In this document: positions 37,827 to 47,375 of the stretch, one piece after another
Layout: each line of letters opens with the position of its first letter
How positions within the stretch are numbered: the stretch's first letter is position 1
DNA from: a virus
Strand: one strand, 5' to 3'
IMG/VR virus record: IMGVR_UViG_3300035117_000094
Location: 39,589 to 103,588 of that record
Length of the DNA stretch: 64,000 nt
Notes under the pieces: model-generated
What the model saw: the letters and a program-made list of their open reading frames with translations, nothing else
The model's database searches: none
What the model was told of the DNA's origin: nothing
Position numbers and translations under genes: made by a program

Positions 37827-39001
37827 ACGGTCAGCCCCGCGTCCTCTAGCCAGCCCATGATCTTCAGGGCGTTGTTGCCGAACGTGCGGTCCAGGATCTT
37901 CTCGCGTGCCTGCCGGGCGCGCTCCTCGCGCAGGGAGTCCAGCTTAGACCAGTGCCGGATCAGCTCCGCCGCCTCTTCCGGCGAGCTGAAAGTAGGCAGG
38001 ATCCCGTCGAACAGCTCGTCGCCCTCGCCGCGCGGGTCGCGGATGAAGAACGTGCCGCAGGCGGCCAGCTCGACTTCACGCGGACCCATGGACCAGCCCG
38101 CGTAGTCGGTGCCGTCCTCGCCCTCGCGCCGGTACAGGTTCAGGCTCGTCTTCGCGATCCGGTACTGGCGCGCGGTCTCCTCGTTGTCAACGCACAGCTC
38201 CGGGTGGTGCCCCATGTAGTCGAGGAGGTGCGCGTTGGCCGGCTCGGTGACGGCCTCACCCCAGCCGCCGCCGCCGATCGACCACCGGACGCCCGTTAGG
38301 TCCATCTGGCCGAAGAAGTCCCGGCGTGACTTGAACCCGGTGCCGATGAACGTGAAGTCGGACTCGTAAGGCTCGGAGCGCGCGAACTTGCGCTCGCGGT
38401 CCCCCAGTTGCGTGACCTCCGCGACGGTCACCGGGTAGTGGACCTCCGGGTCGTAGGCGTGCGGCAGGTAGTGCGTGCGAAGGCCGGCGGCCCGCCACGC
38501 CGCCAGGTTCACCGGGTCGTTGATGAGGTTGAGGTCCATGTGCGCGCCGATGGCCATCTGGCGCTCGTCCTCGTACGGGCTTTCGGTGTGGATCATGGCG
38601 AGCTTCATCCCGCGCGCCCGCAGCACCTCGAAGATCGCCTCGTCATAGAAGAACCCCGAGGTGAACACGATGACGTTCGGCCAGAACACGAAGGCGTCCT
38701 CGAAGATCTGCCGGGTGACGATCGTGGTGACCTGCTCGTCGGTGAGCGCCTTCTTGAACGGCTCCTGGCCGCACGCCTCGCAGGAGGGGAGCTTGCGCGA
38801 CCCGTCCCAGTCCTCCGGGTAGTCCTTCAGGTAGGTGTTGCCGTGGTACATCAGCCGGTGGTTCATGTTGAACGTGATCACCGGGTGCCCCAGCTTGCGG
38901 AACGCCTTCTCATAGCCACGCCAGACATCGTGGACGGAGAACTCGGGACCGGGGTGCGTCAGGAGGATGCGCAGGTGCTCAGGGTCATTGGCGAGGCTCA
39001 C
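37823..39001 (-). CDS. CgeB/YkvP-like glycosyltransferase (GT-B)
   Basis: ESPYE, YLPHAYDPEVH, FIGT, PREVELAACG, RTF. Confidence 0.85.
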   Translation of the reverse strand: MSLANDPEHLRILLTHPGPEFSVHDVWRGYEKAFRKLGHPVITFNMNHRLMYHGNTYLKDYPEDWDGSRKLPSCEACGQEPFKKALTDEQVTTIVTRQIFEDAFVFWPNVIVFTSGFFYDEAIFEVLRARGMKLAMIHTESPYEDERQMAIGAHMDLNLINDPVNLAAWRAAGLRTHYLPHAYDPEVHYPVTVAEVTQLGDRERKFARSEPYESDFTFIGTGFKSRRDFFGQMDLTGVRWSIGGGGWGEAVTEPANAHLLDYMGHHPELCVDNEETARQYRIAKTSLNLYRREGEDGTDYAGWSMGPREVELAACGTFFIRDPRGEGDELFDGILPTFSSPEEAAELIRHWSKLDSLREERARQAREKILDRTFGNNALKIMGWLEDAGLTV

Positions 39002-39031
39002 GACGGCAAGTTTACACGAGGCCGGGGGAGG

Positions 39032-39502
39032 CTAGACCAGGCCGATGGTGAAGTGGATCCGGGCGCCGAAGTACATGACGCCGTTGTAGTCGAGCGGCGC
39101 GTAGGAGTCCGCCGTGACCGGCTCGCACCACTGCACGACCCCGCCAAGGGTATCGTCCATCGCGACGGCCATCGGGATGCTCACCGTGACGCCGGGGATA
39201 AGCTCGTAGCCGAACCACTGGTCGAGGGTCTGCTGCACGGTATCGATGTCGGCGTTCCGGGCGATGGCCACCATCACGTCCAGGCTGAAGGACGACGCGG
39301 CGTAGGGACTGCGGGTGACCGGGTCCATGTACGCGCCGCCGAGGGTCTCCCCGTACTTCGCGAAGGTCCCGTGCGCGGGCAGCACCAGCGCCACGGGCGG
39401 GCTTATCTGGTCGGCGGGGTTACCCTCCGCCTGGATGGCCGGGAACGCGTTGGCCGCTATCTGCGCCGCCAGCGCCGTCCGCACTGCCCTCAGGCTTGCC
39501 AT
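39032..39502 (-). CDS. tail terminator/completion-like protein
   Basis: Position; DDTLGGVV...ARIHFTI; GGAGG SD. Confidence 0.65.
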   Translation of the reverse strand: MASLRAVRTALAAQIAANAFPAIQAEGNPADQISPPVALVLPAHGTFAKYGETLGGAYMDPVTRSPYAASSFSLDVMVAIARNADIDTVQQTLDQWFGYELIPGVTVSIPMAVAMDDTLGGVVQWCEPVTADSYAPLDYNGVMYFGARIHFTIGLV

Positions 39503-39857
39503 GGACTACCTCCGTCAGGTGCTGCTTCAGTTCCTCGTGGCGCGTGTCAACGTGCGTGACCATGCTGGCCTTCAGCTCCTCGTGGCGCGCGTCCACGTGG
39601 CCGGCCGTCAGCTCCGTGGTGAAGAAGCTGAACACGGAGGCCAGCAGCGGCACCACGGTTACCATCATAGCGGCGATAAGCCAGTACCCCGCCGGGTTGT
39701 CCGGCAGCACGTCACAGCCGACCGTGGTCGAGGTGCCCAGGGCGCAGTACAGGCCCTTCCACACGGCGATGTGCTCAGACGCGCTGTACGCCAGCCCGAA
39801 CGCGACGTTCAGGGTCACGGTGGCGATCAGCACCCTGAATGCCCGCTTGTGCTGCAC
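39420..39857 (-). CDS. KcsA-like 2-TM ion channel (Ion_trans_2) with altered filter TTVGCD
   Basis: TM1, GLYCALGTSTTVGCDVLP...G, TM2; starts 2 nt after upstream stop. Confidence 0.75.
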   Translation of the reverse strand: MQHKRAFRVLIATVTLNVAFGLAYSASEHIAVWKGLYCALGTSTTVGCDVLPDNPAGYWLIAAMMVTVVPLLASVFSFFTTELTAGHVDARHEELKASMVTHVDTRHEELKQHLTEVVHGKPEGSADGAGGADSGQRVPGHPGGG

Positions 39858-39859
39858 GG

Positions 39860-40906
39860 CTACCCCGCCACCTTCCAGCTCACGGCCCACGCTTCCTCGG
39901 TGGTGCCCTCGTACGGCAGTTCCTGGCCCCAGGATATGACCCGGCGGCCAGGCAGGGATACTGCCGCGTGCGGGCCGAGCGGCGCCCGGAAGCCGATGAC
40001 GTGGCCGGGCACGAGGCCGAGCGCCGCCGGCACGCGCGTTACCCCGGCGACCCGGACCGGGTGGCCCGCGACGGCGAGCACGTCCCCCAGGACCGCGAGT
40101 CCCTGCGGTATCGTCGCCCCGGGGCCGCACGCCCGCTCCAGCCGGCGGAACATCAGCGGGGGCACGCGGTAGCCGGTGTGCAGCAGCATCGCGTTGGCCA
40201 CGGCCACGGGCACGCAGTTCGCGTCCTCCGGCCGGCCGAGCCACGGCCCCTGGTCCTTTCCCGTCGCGACGAGGGAGGACGGGGCCTGCCGCCCGGCCGG
40301 GGCCTTCCTTGCCGCCGCCAGCCCCGCCGCTACCACCGAAGCCTGCTGCGCGGCGGTGAACTTCGACCTGTTCCGGCCACTGCCGGGGCTGGCCTGCACG
40401 GACCTGCTCGCCTTGCCGGCCGCCCGCCGCGCGTGCGCGAACACCTGCTTCTCGTGGGCCACGGCCTGCGACTGGGTGACGGTGCGGAGCACGGCTTTCG
40501 TCACGTACTTCCGCTCGCCCGCCTGCGCGAACTGGAGGCGCCCGAGGATCTTCGCGTGCCGGAAGTAGTCTGCCTTGATCCGGTTCTGGAGGCTGGCGTT
40601 CTGGTGGCCGCGCACGCTCTGGAGGTAGGACTGCTTGACCGCGAACGCGGCGACGGCTGCCGTCTGGGCTGAGTGGTAGACGGCGTTGTACTTCTTCGCC
40701 GTGGAGTAAGCGGCGGCCAGCCGCGACCTGCGGAAGCCCGAGGCAGCGCGCGAGATCGCGATCTGCCTGCTCTTGGCCGCCGCGCCGGCGCGGTACGCCT
40801 TCCACTGGGCCGCGCTGAGCTGGAGTCCACGGGCTGTCTTCTTCCCGGTCTTGGACCCGGCCGGCCGGCCGCGCTTGCCCTTCGGTGCCTTGCTCGCGGC
40901 AGCCAC
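39860..40906 (-). CDS. K/R/A-rich basic protein with C-terminal papain/C39-like domain
   Basis: Histone-H1-like N-terminus; NCVPVAVANAM...PHAAV. Confidence 0.6.
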   Translation of the reverse strand: MAAASKAPKGKRGRPAGSKTGKKTARGLQLSAAQWKAYRAGAAAKSRQIAISRAASGFRRSRLAAAYSTAKKYNAVYHSAQTAAVAAFAVKQSYLQSVRGHQNASLQNRIKADYFRHAKILGRLQFAQAGERKYVTKAVLRTVTQSQAVAHEKQVFAHARRAAGKASRSVQASPGSGRNRSKFTAAQQASVVAAGLAAARKAPAGRQAPSSLVATGKDQGPWLGRPEDANCVPVAVANAMLLHTGYRVPPLMFRRLERACGPGATIPQGLAVLGDVLAVAGHPVRVAGVTRVPAALGLVPGHVIGFRAPLGPHAAVSLPGRRVISWGQELPYEGTTEEAWAVSWKVAG

Positions 40907-40907
40907 G

Positions 40908-41930
40908 CTACACCCCGGCTTTGCGCCTCATATTGACGTAGTCCTTCATCAGCTCGACGACCCACGGGTTCGACTGGACCTTGACGATGCCCAGGTCGGA
41001 GACGCCGGCGACGCCCCACGGCGCGTCCTTGCTTTTATACAGGTCCACCGCCAGCAGCATTGCCGCCTGCGAGATCGCCGGGGGAACCGAGTTCCAGCCC
41101 CACGTGCCGGTTACCTGCACGCGGTTCAGGTAGGTGTACGGCCAGATCCACGGCAGCCAGCCGCCGCCCGGGATGGCAGACACGCCGGCTACCCCGGTAA
41201 GCACCTGAAGCTGCCGGTAAGGGCGCGGGACGCCGGCGGCGTTGATGTTGTAGTTGTCCTCGCTGTTGCCCATGCCGCCGAGCTTGAGCTGGTAGTTGAC
41301 CCCGAGCGCCCAGGACACGTCATAGACGCCGTTGCCGTTGTAGTCGAGGTTTACCTGCGTACCGGACACCACCGCCGGGTCGGATACCAGGTCGTCCAGC
41401 GGGCACCCCCAGACGCTCTCCGGGATGAACGTCCGGGCCTCGTGCAGCCGGTAGAAGTGACGACCGCAGTAGTTGTTGACCCAGTTGGCGACTACCTGGA
41501 TGGCGAGCTGCGCCTCGTAGTCGTAGCGGTTGTCACTGATGTTCAGCCGGTGCTTCAGCTCGTCGAGGCCGGTATACCAGAACTGCGCGCCCGTGCCCAC
41601 GTCGGACAGGGGGATCAGCCGGAAGGTGCCGGGCGTGACCTGCTGGACGCCGTTGCCGGTGCCGACCCACGTGAAGCTGTACAGCCCGGAGACGGTCAGG
41701 CCGTCCACGGTCAGGGCGTAGTTGCCGGCCGACTCCTTCTCGACGTGCCCGATACCCGTGTTCGAGGGGTTATACACGTAGCTCGTGATCGTGCCCGCAG
41801 GGTCCGTCACCACGCACGTGATCGAGCTGGGGTCGGCCAGCTGGCCGGTGGTCGCGTCCACGAAGGCCACGGGCGTCACCGCCGCTGCCTCGCTGGGGCT
41901 GGAGTAGTAAATCTGCACTCCGCTGCTCAC
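40908..41930 (-). CDS. head-tail connector/adaptor with N-terminal Ig-like domain
   Basis: YTGLDELK...YCGRHF...VTGTWGW..VPPAISQAAMLLA. Confidence 0.85.
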   Translation of the reverse strand: MSSGVQIYYSSPSEAAAVTPVAFVDATTGQLADPSSITCVVTDPAGTITSYVYNPSNTGIGHVEKESAGNYALTVDGLTVSGLYSFTWVGTGNGVQQVTPGTFRLIPLSDVGTGAQFWYTGLDELKHRLNISDNRYDYEAQLAIQVVANWVNNYCGRHFYRLHEARTFIPESVWGCPLDDLVSDPAVVSGTQVNLDYNGNGVYDVSWALGVNYQLKLGGMGNSEDNYNINAAGVPRPYRQLQVLTGVAGVSAIPGGGWLPWIWPYTYLNRVQVTGTWGWNSVPPAISQAAMLLAVDLYKSKDAPWGVAGVSDLGIVKVQSNPWVVELMKDYVNMRRKAGV

Positions 41931-42087
41931 CTGGCCACCTCCGGTTCAATGCTATCTAGCGCCGGAGGCCGCCGCCACCCGCAGTGACGACGGCCTCGCG
42001 ACGAGATGTAACCGGACCACCTCCCGGATCGCAGTGCTACCGTTCACCAGCACCACCTCCCCGGGAGAAGAAGATCCTGTCCTCAGG

Positions 42088-42303
42088 CTATCCGGTACCC
42101 TCCGGGTTCCGCCAGATCATCTTGGCCTGCGTGAAGGCGTACCCGGCCGCCGCGCTGCCGAACGGGCTGCTGACCGCTTCGAGGATGCCACTGACGGCGA
42201 GCCTCGTGGACCCGTGCGTCTCTGTCCTGACGACGTTGCTGAACACCGCCATCTCGTCCTCGGTCAGGGTCGTGGTCTCCAGGTCGTAGGTGAACGCCCT
42301 CAT
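42088..42303 (-). CDS. hypothetical protein
   Basis: ATGA overlap. Confidence 0.5.
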   Translation of the reverse strand: MRAFTYDLETTTLTEDEMAVFSNVVRTETHGSTRLAVSGILEAVSSPFGSAAAGYAFTQAKMIWRNPEGTG

Positions 42304-43001
42304 TGCCGGGACGCCGCCGTGGCCTGCCGTAGCCGGTGGTCTTCCAGGTACAGGTCCATGGGCATGACGTAACCGGGCCACCGGCCGTCGTTGAATACGT
42401 GCAGGTCCCGCCGCTCGTACGAGGCGTCCGCAAGCTGAGAGCAGATGACGTGCCCCTGGTCCTCGATGAAGCCCTTCAGCCCTGGTGCCGGGACGTGCAG
42501 GCGGTGCAGCGCGAGCGCCTCGTAGTCGAGGAAGGCGTAGCCTACGCCCTCGAACTCACGGGCAGCGTCGGCTACCCCGGTCAGCTCGTACGCCGTGAAC
42601 TTGGAGGCGATGCCGTAGCACCAGTAGACGGACGGGTACTTGCTGACGTTCACGATCTCCGCGCCGCCCGGCTCCGCCTCGATGCAGGTGCCCTCGGTGT
42701 CCAGGGCGACGAGGGCGTGCTCGTAGCGGGGCAGGTCGTTCCTGCGCAGCCAGCGGTCCATAGGCGTTTCCGCCAGGTACTGGCCGAGGTGGATGAGGCG
42801 GCCTACCTCGCCGCCGATCTCCGTTAGCCCGATAAGCCCCGGGGCGGGCGCCTCGCCGAAGAGGCCGTTGCTGGGGGGTGCCATGGCATCCAGGGTACGC
42901 GGTGCGGCCTTAGCCCACTTCGGCGGCAGCTCGGGCACGGAGTGGATTCCGTGCCAGGGCACCCGGCGGTCGTCGTCGTCGTCGTCGTCTTGTTCGCTCA
43001 T
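42300..43001 (-). CDS. permuted papain-like NlpC/P60 (YiiX/YebB-like) enzyme
   Basis: YEHALV...IEAEPGG...ICSQL...PMDL (His before Cys). Confidence 0.8.
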   Translation of the reverse strand: MSEQDDDDDDDRRVPWHGIHSVPELPPKWAKAAPRTLDAMAPPSNGLFGEAPAPGLIGLTEIGGEVGRLIHLGQYLAETPMDRWLRRNDLPRYEHALVALDTEGTCIEAEPGGAEIVNVSKYPSVYWCYGIASKFTAYELTGVADAAREFEGVGYAFLDYEALALHRLHVPAPGLKGFIEDQGHVICSQLADASYERRDLHVFNDGRWPGYVMPMDLYLEDHRLRQATAASRQ

Positions 43002-43016
43002 GCCCTGTGCAACGCG

Positions 43017-43583
43017 CTAGAAGGCTGGTTTCATCCAGGCGCCGCGCGGTGCGTCCCACTCATCGACTACCGGTATCCACCGCGTCATGTCCGTGGTCTC
43101 CCAGCCGCCGCCGGCCAGGATCGCGCCGGGCTTCATCGCGGCCATGATCTTGCGCTCCAGCTCGGCTTCCAGGTGAACGTCCCGGAACGGCATGTACAGC
43201 CAGATGATGTCGTAGCTGCCGTAGTCCTCGAAGTCCAGGGCGTCCTTCGCGAATACGGTGGAGTGCGCGCTGGCCACTCGCGCCATGGCCAGGTCCACCT
43301 CGATGCCGGCTACGTCCAGCCCGAATATCTCGCGGGCAAGCGTGCCCTTGGTGGCCGGCCCGCAGCCCACGTCGAGGAACCTGGCGCCGTTCGCCTCCGC
43401 GACGACCTCGGCCATGATAGACATGAACTCGCCTACCTGGAACGGCATCCACGGCGTGTACACGGGGTCTTGCCGGTTGCTGCCGTGGGACTTGTACAGG
43501 TGCTCCGTCTGCATGGCGTTTCGCAGGGCAGTCTGGACGTGCCCTGCGCGCCAGCTAGCGGCGTCACTCGTGCTGGGGATCAT
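43017..43583 (-). CDS. class I SAM-dependent methyltransferase
   Basis: FLDVGCG, GIEVD, DAL, YDIIWLYMPF, MKPGA. Confidence 0.85.
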   Translation of the reverse strand: MIPSTSDAASWRAGHVQTALRNAMQTEHLYKSHGSNRQDPVYTPWMPFQVGEFMSIMAEVVAEANGARFLDVGCGPATKGTLAREIFGLDVAGIEVDLAMARVASAHSTVFAKDALDFEDYGSYDIIWLYMPFRDVHLEAELERKIMAAMKPGAILAGGGWETTDMTRWIPVVDEWDAPRGAWMKPAF

Positions 43584-43791
43584 GCTGGCTCTCCGGGGGG
43601 TCTGGGGGCAGGGCAGTCGGGCGGGTAACGGCGGCCATGGCCGCGCACCAGTGACGACGCGTCTCCGGGGGCAGGTCACGCCATTTCGGCATGGGGCCGT
43701 CCCAGTGGTCCTTCCACCCGGCATCCTCACCATAGCCGTCGTAGGCGCGGTGAGCCAGCCCGGAGATCACGTCGTCCCAGGTGCGCGGCAT
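43564..43791 (-). CDS. hypothetical protein
   Basis: PMPKWRDLP...W small phage protein. Confidence 0.55.
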   Translation of the reverse strand: MPRTWDDVISGLAHRAYDGYGEDAGWKDHWDGPMPKWRDLPPETRRHWCAAMAAVTRPTALPPDPPESQHDPQHE

Positions 43792-43793
43792 GG

Positions 43794-43976
43794 CTATTCC
43801 GGGTCCGGCCAGAACTTCAGGCTCGGGTCGGCGGTGATGCGGGTGCCAGCCAGGGCGGACGGCATGACCTCATCAGGCAGGGCGTCCTCGCCGGGCACGA
43901 AGTCCGACAAGCGGTCACCGCCACGGAGTTCGATTGGCCGGACGGGGAATTCCGGCTCGGTAGCGTCAGCTTCCAT
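43794..43976 (-). CDS. hypothetical protein
   Basis: GAGGAG SD before ATG 43976. Confidence 0.5.
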   Translation of the reverse strand: MEADATEPEFPVRPIELRGGDRLSDFVPGEDALPDEVMPSALAGTRITADPSLKFWPDPE

Positions 43977-44029
43977 CAGGTTCTCCTCTCGCGTCAGGGT
44001 CACCCTACCACCTGCGCGCCGTGCGGGGA

Positions 44030-44656
44030 CTACGGGCAGGCGTAGGTGAAGGAGGGCCACACGTCGATGGTCACCTCTTCCACCCGGGCGAACTTAACGC
44101 CGGCCCGCAGCCACGCGCTGACGATCTCCCAGTCCTCGGTAGCGGACGGCGGACCCCAGGTGGCCACGCTTTCCAGCTCGCGCCTGTGCAGGATCATGGG
44201 CGTCCCGATATTGCAGGAGGCCGGGTACTGCCCTGTCCCCACGATGGACTCGCCGGGGACCGGGTGCTCGTAAGTCATCATCCAGGAGTACGCGAACCCC
44301 GCTTCCGGCTCGGCTTCCAGCGCGGCGGCCAGGAGGCTCACGTGGCGGGGCCGCAGGGCGTCGTCGCTGTCCACGTACCCGATCAGCTCCCCGGCAGCGT
44401 GCGCCAGCCCTTCCCTGCGGCCCGGGCCGCCCCAGTGGCGCTCCGGGTCGTGCTCCGGCAGCTCGAAGTACCGGACGGGGTGCCGCAGGCCGCCCAGCGC
44501 GTCCACGGCCTCGCGCAGCACGGGGTCAGGGCCGTCACTGACGATGACGTGCTCGACGGCCGGGTACTCCTGCGCCTGCACGCTGGGAACGCACCGGCCC
44601 AGCAGCAGCTCGTGGCGCCCCCAGGCAGGCGTGATAACGGTGACCAGCGGCGTCAT
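44030..44656 (-). CDS. GT2 (GT-A) glycosyltransferase
   Basis: LVTVITP, VSDG, YVDSDD, EDWE. Confidence 0.9.
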   Translation of the reverse strand: MTPLVTVITPAWGRHELLLGRCVPSVQAQEYPAVEHVIVSDGPDPVLREAVDALGGLRHPVRYFELPEHDPERHWGGPGRREGLAHAAGELIGYVDSDDALRPRHVSLLAAALEAEPEAGFAYSWMMTYEHPVPGESIVGTGQYPASCNIGTPMILHRRELESVATWGPPSATEDWEIVSAWLRAGVKFARVEEVTIDVWPSFTYACP

Positions 44657-44657
44657 G

Positions 44658-45560
44658 TCAGCGAACCCTCCTGGCGCGCAGGGCGCGGTCGATGCCCTCT
44701 TCCAGTGATACCCTCGGCTCGTAGAACTCTCGCAGCAGCGACGGGTCGCACACCCGGTACGCCGCGCCCTCCGGGGTGCCGGGCACCAGGCGGATAGCCG
44801 GGCTGTAGCCTGCGGCGCTCGTCACCATGACCGCCAGCTCCCGCATCGTCACCGCGCGGCCCGTGCCCAGGTTCACTGGCCCGTCCATGCCGAGGTTAAC
44901 CATGCCGTAAGACGCCCTGACGATGTCCTCGATGTGGATGAAGTCCCGTGCCTGCTCGCCCGATCCCCAGACGTCGAAGGGGTCCTCGCGGCTGGCAGCC
45001 CGCGCGATGAAGGCCGGGAACGGGTAGCTGGGGTCCTGGTCGGTACCGTAGCCGGAAAATGGCCTGACCACCGTGACGTTCAGGCCCTCCTGCCGCGCCC
45101 GGTACGCCAGGTTCTCCCCCGTCAGCTTGGTCCAGCCGTAAAGCTGGTCGGGAACGCCGGCTACGGGGCCTGCGAATGACGGGTCGATGAAGTCCTCGTA
45201 CAGCCTCTGCCGGGCGGTCTGGCGCTGGAAGTGGAGCGGGTAGGCGGCCGAGCTGGAGAAGTACAGGATCCGGCCGGGGCGGTTGCGCAGCGCCCACTGG
45301 AACAGGCCCGCGTCCAGCTCCAGGTTGGAGGCCAGCGCCAGCGGCGCCCCGTCGATGAGCTTCCGGCCGCCGACTATCGCGGCAGCGTGCACGACGAGGT
45401 CAAACTTGCCCGTGCTGCCGAGCCGGAAGAACTCGCGGGCGTCCTGGTCCGGGTGACGCCGGATATCCAGGGTCAGCAGCTCGAAGCCCCGGGCCGCCAG
45501 GTAGGCCGTGAAGTGCCTGCCGACGAACCCGGCGCTGCCGGTGATGAGGGCGCGCTTCAT
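44658..45560 (-). CDS. NAD-dependent nucleotide-sugar epimerase/dehydratase
   Basis: ITGSAGFVG, SSSAAY, YGWTK, RDFIHI. Confidence 0.92.
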   Translation of the reverse strand: MKRALITGSAGFVGRHFTAYLAARGFELLTLDIRRHPDQDAREFFRLGSTGKFDLVVHAAAIVGGRKLIDGAPLALASNLELDAGLFQWALRNRPGRILYFSSSAAYPLHFQRQTARQRLYEDFIDPSFAGPVAGVPDQLYGWTKLTGENLAYRARQEGLNVTVVRPFSGYGTDQDPSYPFPAFIARAASREDPFDVWGSGEQARDFIHIEDIVRASYGMVNLGMDGPVNLGTGRAVTMRELAVMVTSAAGYSPAIRLVPGTPEGAAYRVCDPSLLREFYEPRVSLEEGIDRALRARRVR

Positions 45561-46150
45561 GCCCGCTCCGCCGCGATGACCTGGAACCCGGCCACCTGCT
45601 CGTGCCGGATGACGCGCCACCCGCCCTGCTCCAGCAGGTTCCGGTAGCCGGCCATGTCCCAGGCCCAGGCGTGGAACTCGTAGTGCGACCACAGGCTCTC
45701 GTTGGCCGGGGACGAGGCGACGAGGTAGCGCGTTTCCCGCGCCATGCGGGTGACGAACGCGTGCGGGTCCGTCAGGTGCTCCAGGATCTCCGTGACCACG
45801 GTGATGTCCCCGTACTCCGGGTTCCCGGTCACCACGTCCAGCACCCCGGCGGTCATCCCGCGCTCGCAGGCGCCCTCGACGGCGGCGTGGCACAGGTCAT
45901 AGCCCCAGCAGCGGGTCAGCCCGGCCGTGCAGTCTACGAGGGACATGAGGCCGCCGTCGCCGCAGCCGAAGTCGGACAGGGTACGGCAGCCGTTCGCTGC
46001 TGCCAGCATCCGGACGAACTCCGTCGCGAGGAACAGCCGGTCACGGTGGGCGGCCTGCTCCAGGTGAGGAGCGCGCTCGCGGCCCGCGTACCATTCCGCC
46101 GTGGTGAACTCGGGAACCGTCCCCTCGGGGAACAGCCGCCACTCAGTCAT
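45557..46150 (-). CDS. class I SAM-dependent methyltransferase
   Basis: DFGCGDG, EILEHLTDP. Confidence 0.85.
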   Translation of the reverse strand: MTEWRLFPEGTVPEFTTAEWYAGRERAPHLEQAAHRDRLFLATEFVRMLAAANGCRTLSDFGCGDGGLMSLVDCTAGLTRCWGYDLCHAAVEGACERGMTAGVLDVVTGNPEYGDITVVTEILEHLTDPHAFVTRMARETRYLVASSPANESLWSHYEFHAWAWDMAGYRNLLEQGGWRVIRHEQVAGFQVIAAERA

Positions 46151-46695
46151 GCGCATCTCCAGACCTGGAAGGTGTAGTAGGCGTTCGACTCCGCCGTGAA
46201 CAGCGTAACGTCACGGGCCGTCCAGCCGGCCGCCGCGAGCATGGCGTCCAGGTCGCTGGTGTCCCAGCCCCAGTAGTGCTGCGGGTTGCGGGCGTCAGAC
46301 TCGCCGCAGGGGGTGGTCAGCAGCAGGCGGCGGGCCTTGCCCCTGATCGCCCGCAGCAGGGCATCAGGGTCCTCGATGTGCTCCAGCGTCTCCGAGCACA
46401 CGAACACGTCCACCGGGGGGATCTCCTCGATGGTGCGCTCGATCGGCCCGGTGAAGTCCCGGCCGCCCGTGTAGTCGCCCAGGAACGCGATGTCGCTGAG
46501 CTGGGCCATGCCGACGACGGCCCCGTCACCACAGCTCAGGTCGGCCACGTTATGAGGGGACATCGCGCGCAGGAGCCGGGCCGTGTACGCCACCCGCTCG
46601 ACGTGATCAGGCCAGTCGGTGTGGTCGTAAGGCCGGGCGTACACCTGCGCTAGCTGCGCCGGGCTGTGGAACGGCCGGAGCTGGACCCTGGTCAC
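46147..46695 (-). CDS. class I SAM-dependent methyltransferase
   Basis: DLSCGDG, SETLEHIEDP, LLTTP. Confidence 0.85.
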   Translation of the reverse strand: MTRVQLRPFHSPAQLAQVYARPYDHTDWPDHVERVAYTARLLRAMSPHNVADLSCGDGAVVGMAQLSDIAFLGDYTGGRDFTGPIERTIEEIPPVDVFVCSETLEHIEDPDALLRAIRGKARRLLLTTPCGESDARNPQHYWGWDTSDLDAMLAAAGWTARDVTLFTAESNAYYTFQVWRCA

Positions 46696-47375
46696 AGGCC
46701 GAGCGCCTTCCTGAGCCGGGCCAGCTCGCCGGGCCACTCGTCCGCCACGTACTGCGCGTAGCGCCGTCCGTCCAGCGCGTACTGCGCGCCGTTGTTGGCG
46801 CTGGCGTACGTCTCGTCCCACGCGGCCTGGCCCACAGTGGGGTGCATGTGCTCGATGATCACGTCGTCCTGGTAGGCCAGGTTGCCGACGCCCTCGCCCA
46901 GCTTCTTCCAGAAGTCGTCCAGGTACAGGTGCTCCAGGGCGGCCGGGACTAGGTAGCCGAGGGCCAGGATGATGTCCGAGGACATCACGACCGCCGTGGG
47001 CAGCTCGGCTCCCTTGATCAGGTCGTTCCCGTAGGCGACGCCCGGCTTGCCGTCGAGGGCCGCGATCAGCTTCTCGTCCCAGCCGGGCGTGCGGGGCAGG
47101 TGGTCGTCGCCCATGAACCCGGTGTGCGTGCTGAACAGGGCTTCCTTCGGCGCGTAGTGGTTCAGGATCGGCCCGATGCGCCGCAGCCCGGGGGCCACGA
47201 CCTCCAGGGGCCAGCCAAGCGCGAGCGCGGCGTACTCCTCGCGGGCCGGGTCGTCATGGTCCACGAGGAACACGAGGTGGGTGTCCGTTGACGAGGCCGT
47301 GTCGAGCGCTGCCTCGGCTAGCCGCGTAGCGTTCCCGGGCCGGCCACGCGTGGGCACCATTATCGTCAGGCTCAC
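46692..47375 (-). CDS. GT2 (GT-A) glycosyltransferase
   Basis: VPTRGRP, VDHDD, MGDD, HLYLDD, IEHMHP. Confidence 0.85.
   Translation of the reverse strand: MSLTIMVPTRGRPGNATRLAEAALDTASSTDTHLVFLVDHDDPAREEYAALALGWPLEVVAPGLRRIGPILNHYAPKEALFSTHTGFMGDDHLPRTPGWDEKLIAALDGKPGVAYGNDLIKGAELPTAVVMSSDIILALGYLVPAALEHLYLDDFWKKLGEGVGNLAYQDDVIIEHMHPTVGQAAWDETYASANNGAQYALDGRRYAQYVADEWPGELARLRKALGL

Noticed and set aside
43946-43971. Additional GGAAT-N18-GCT match
   Set aside because: Intragenic, antisense, lacks the CCG prefix; plausibly chance
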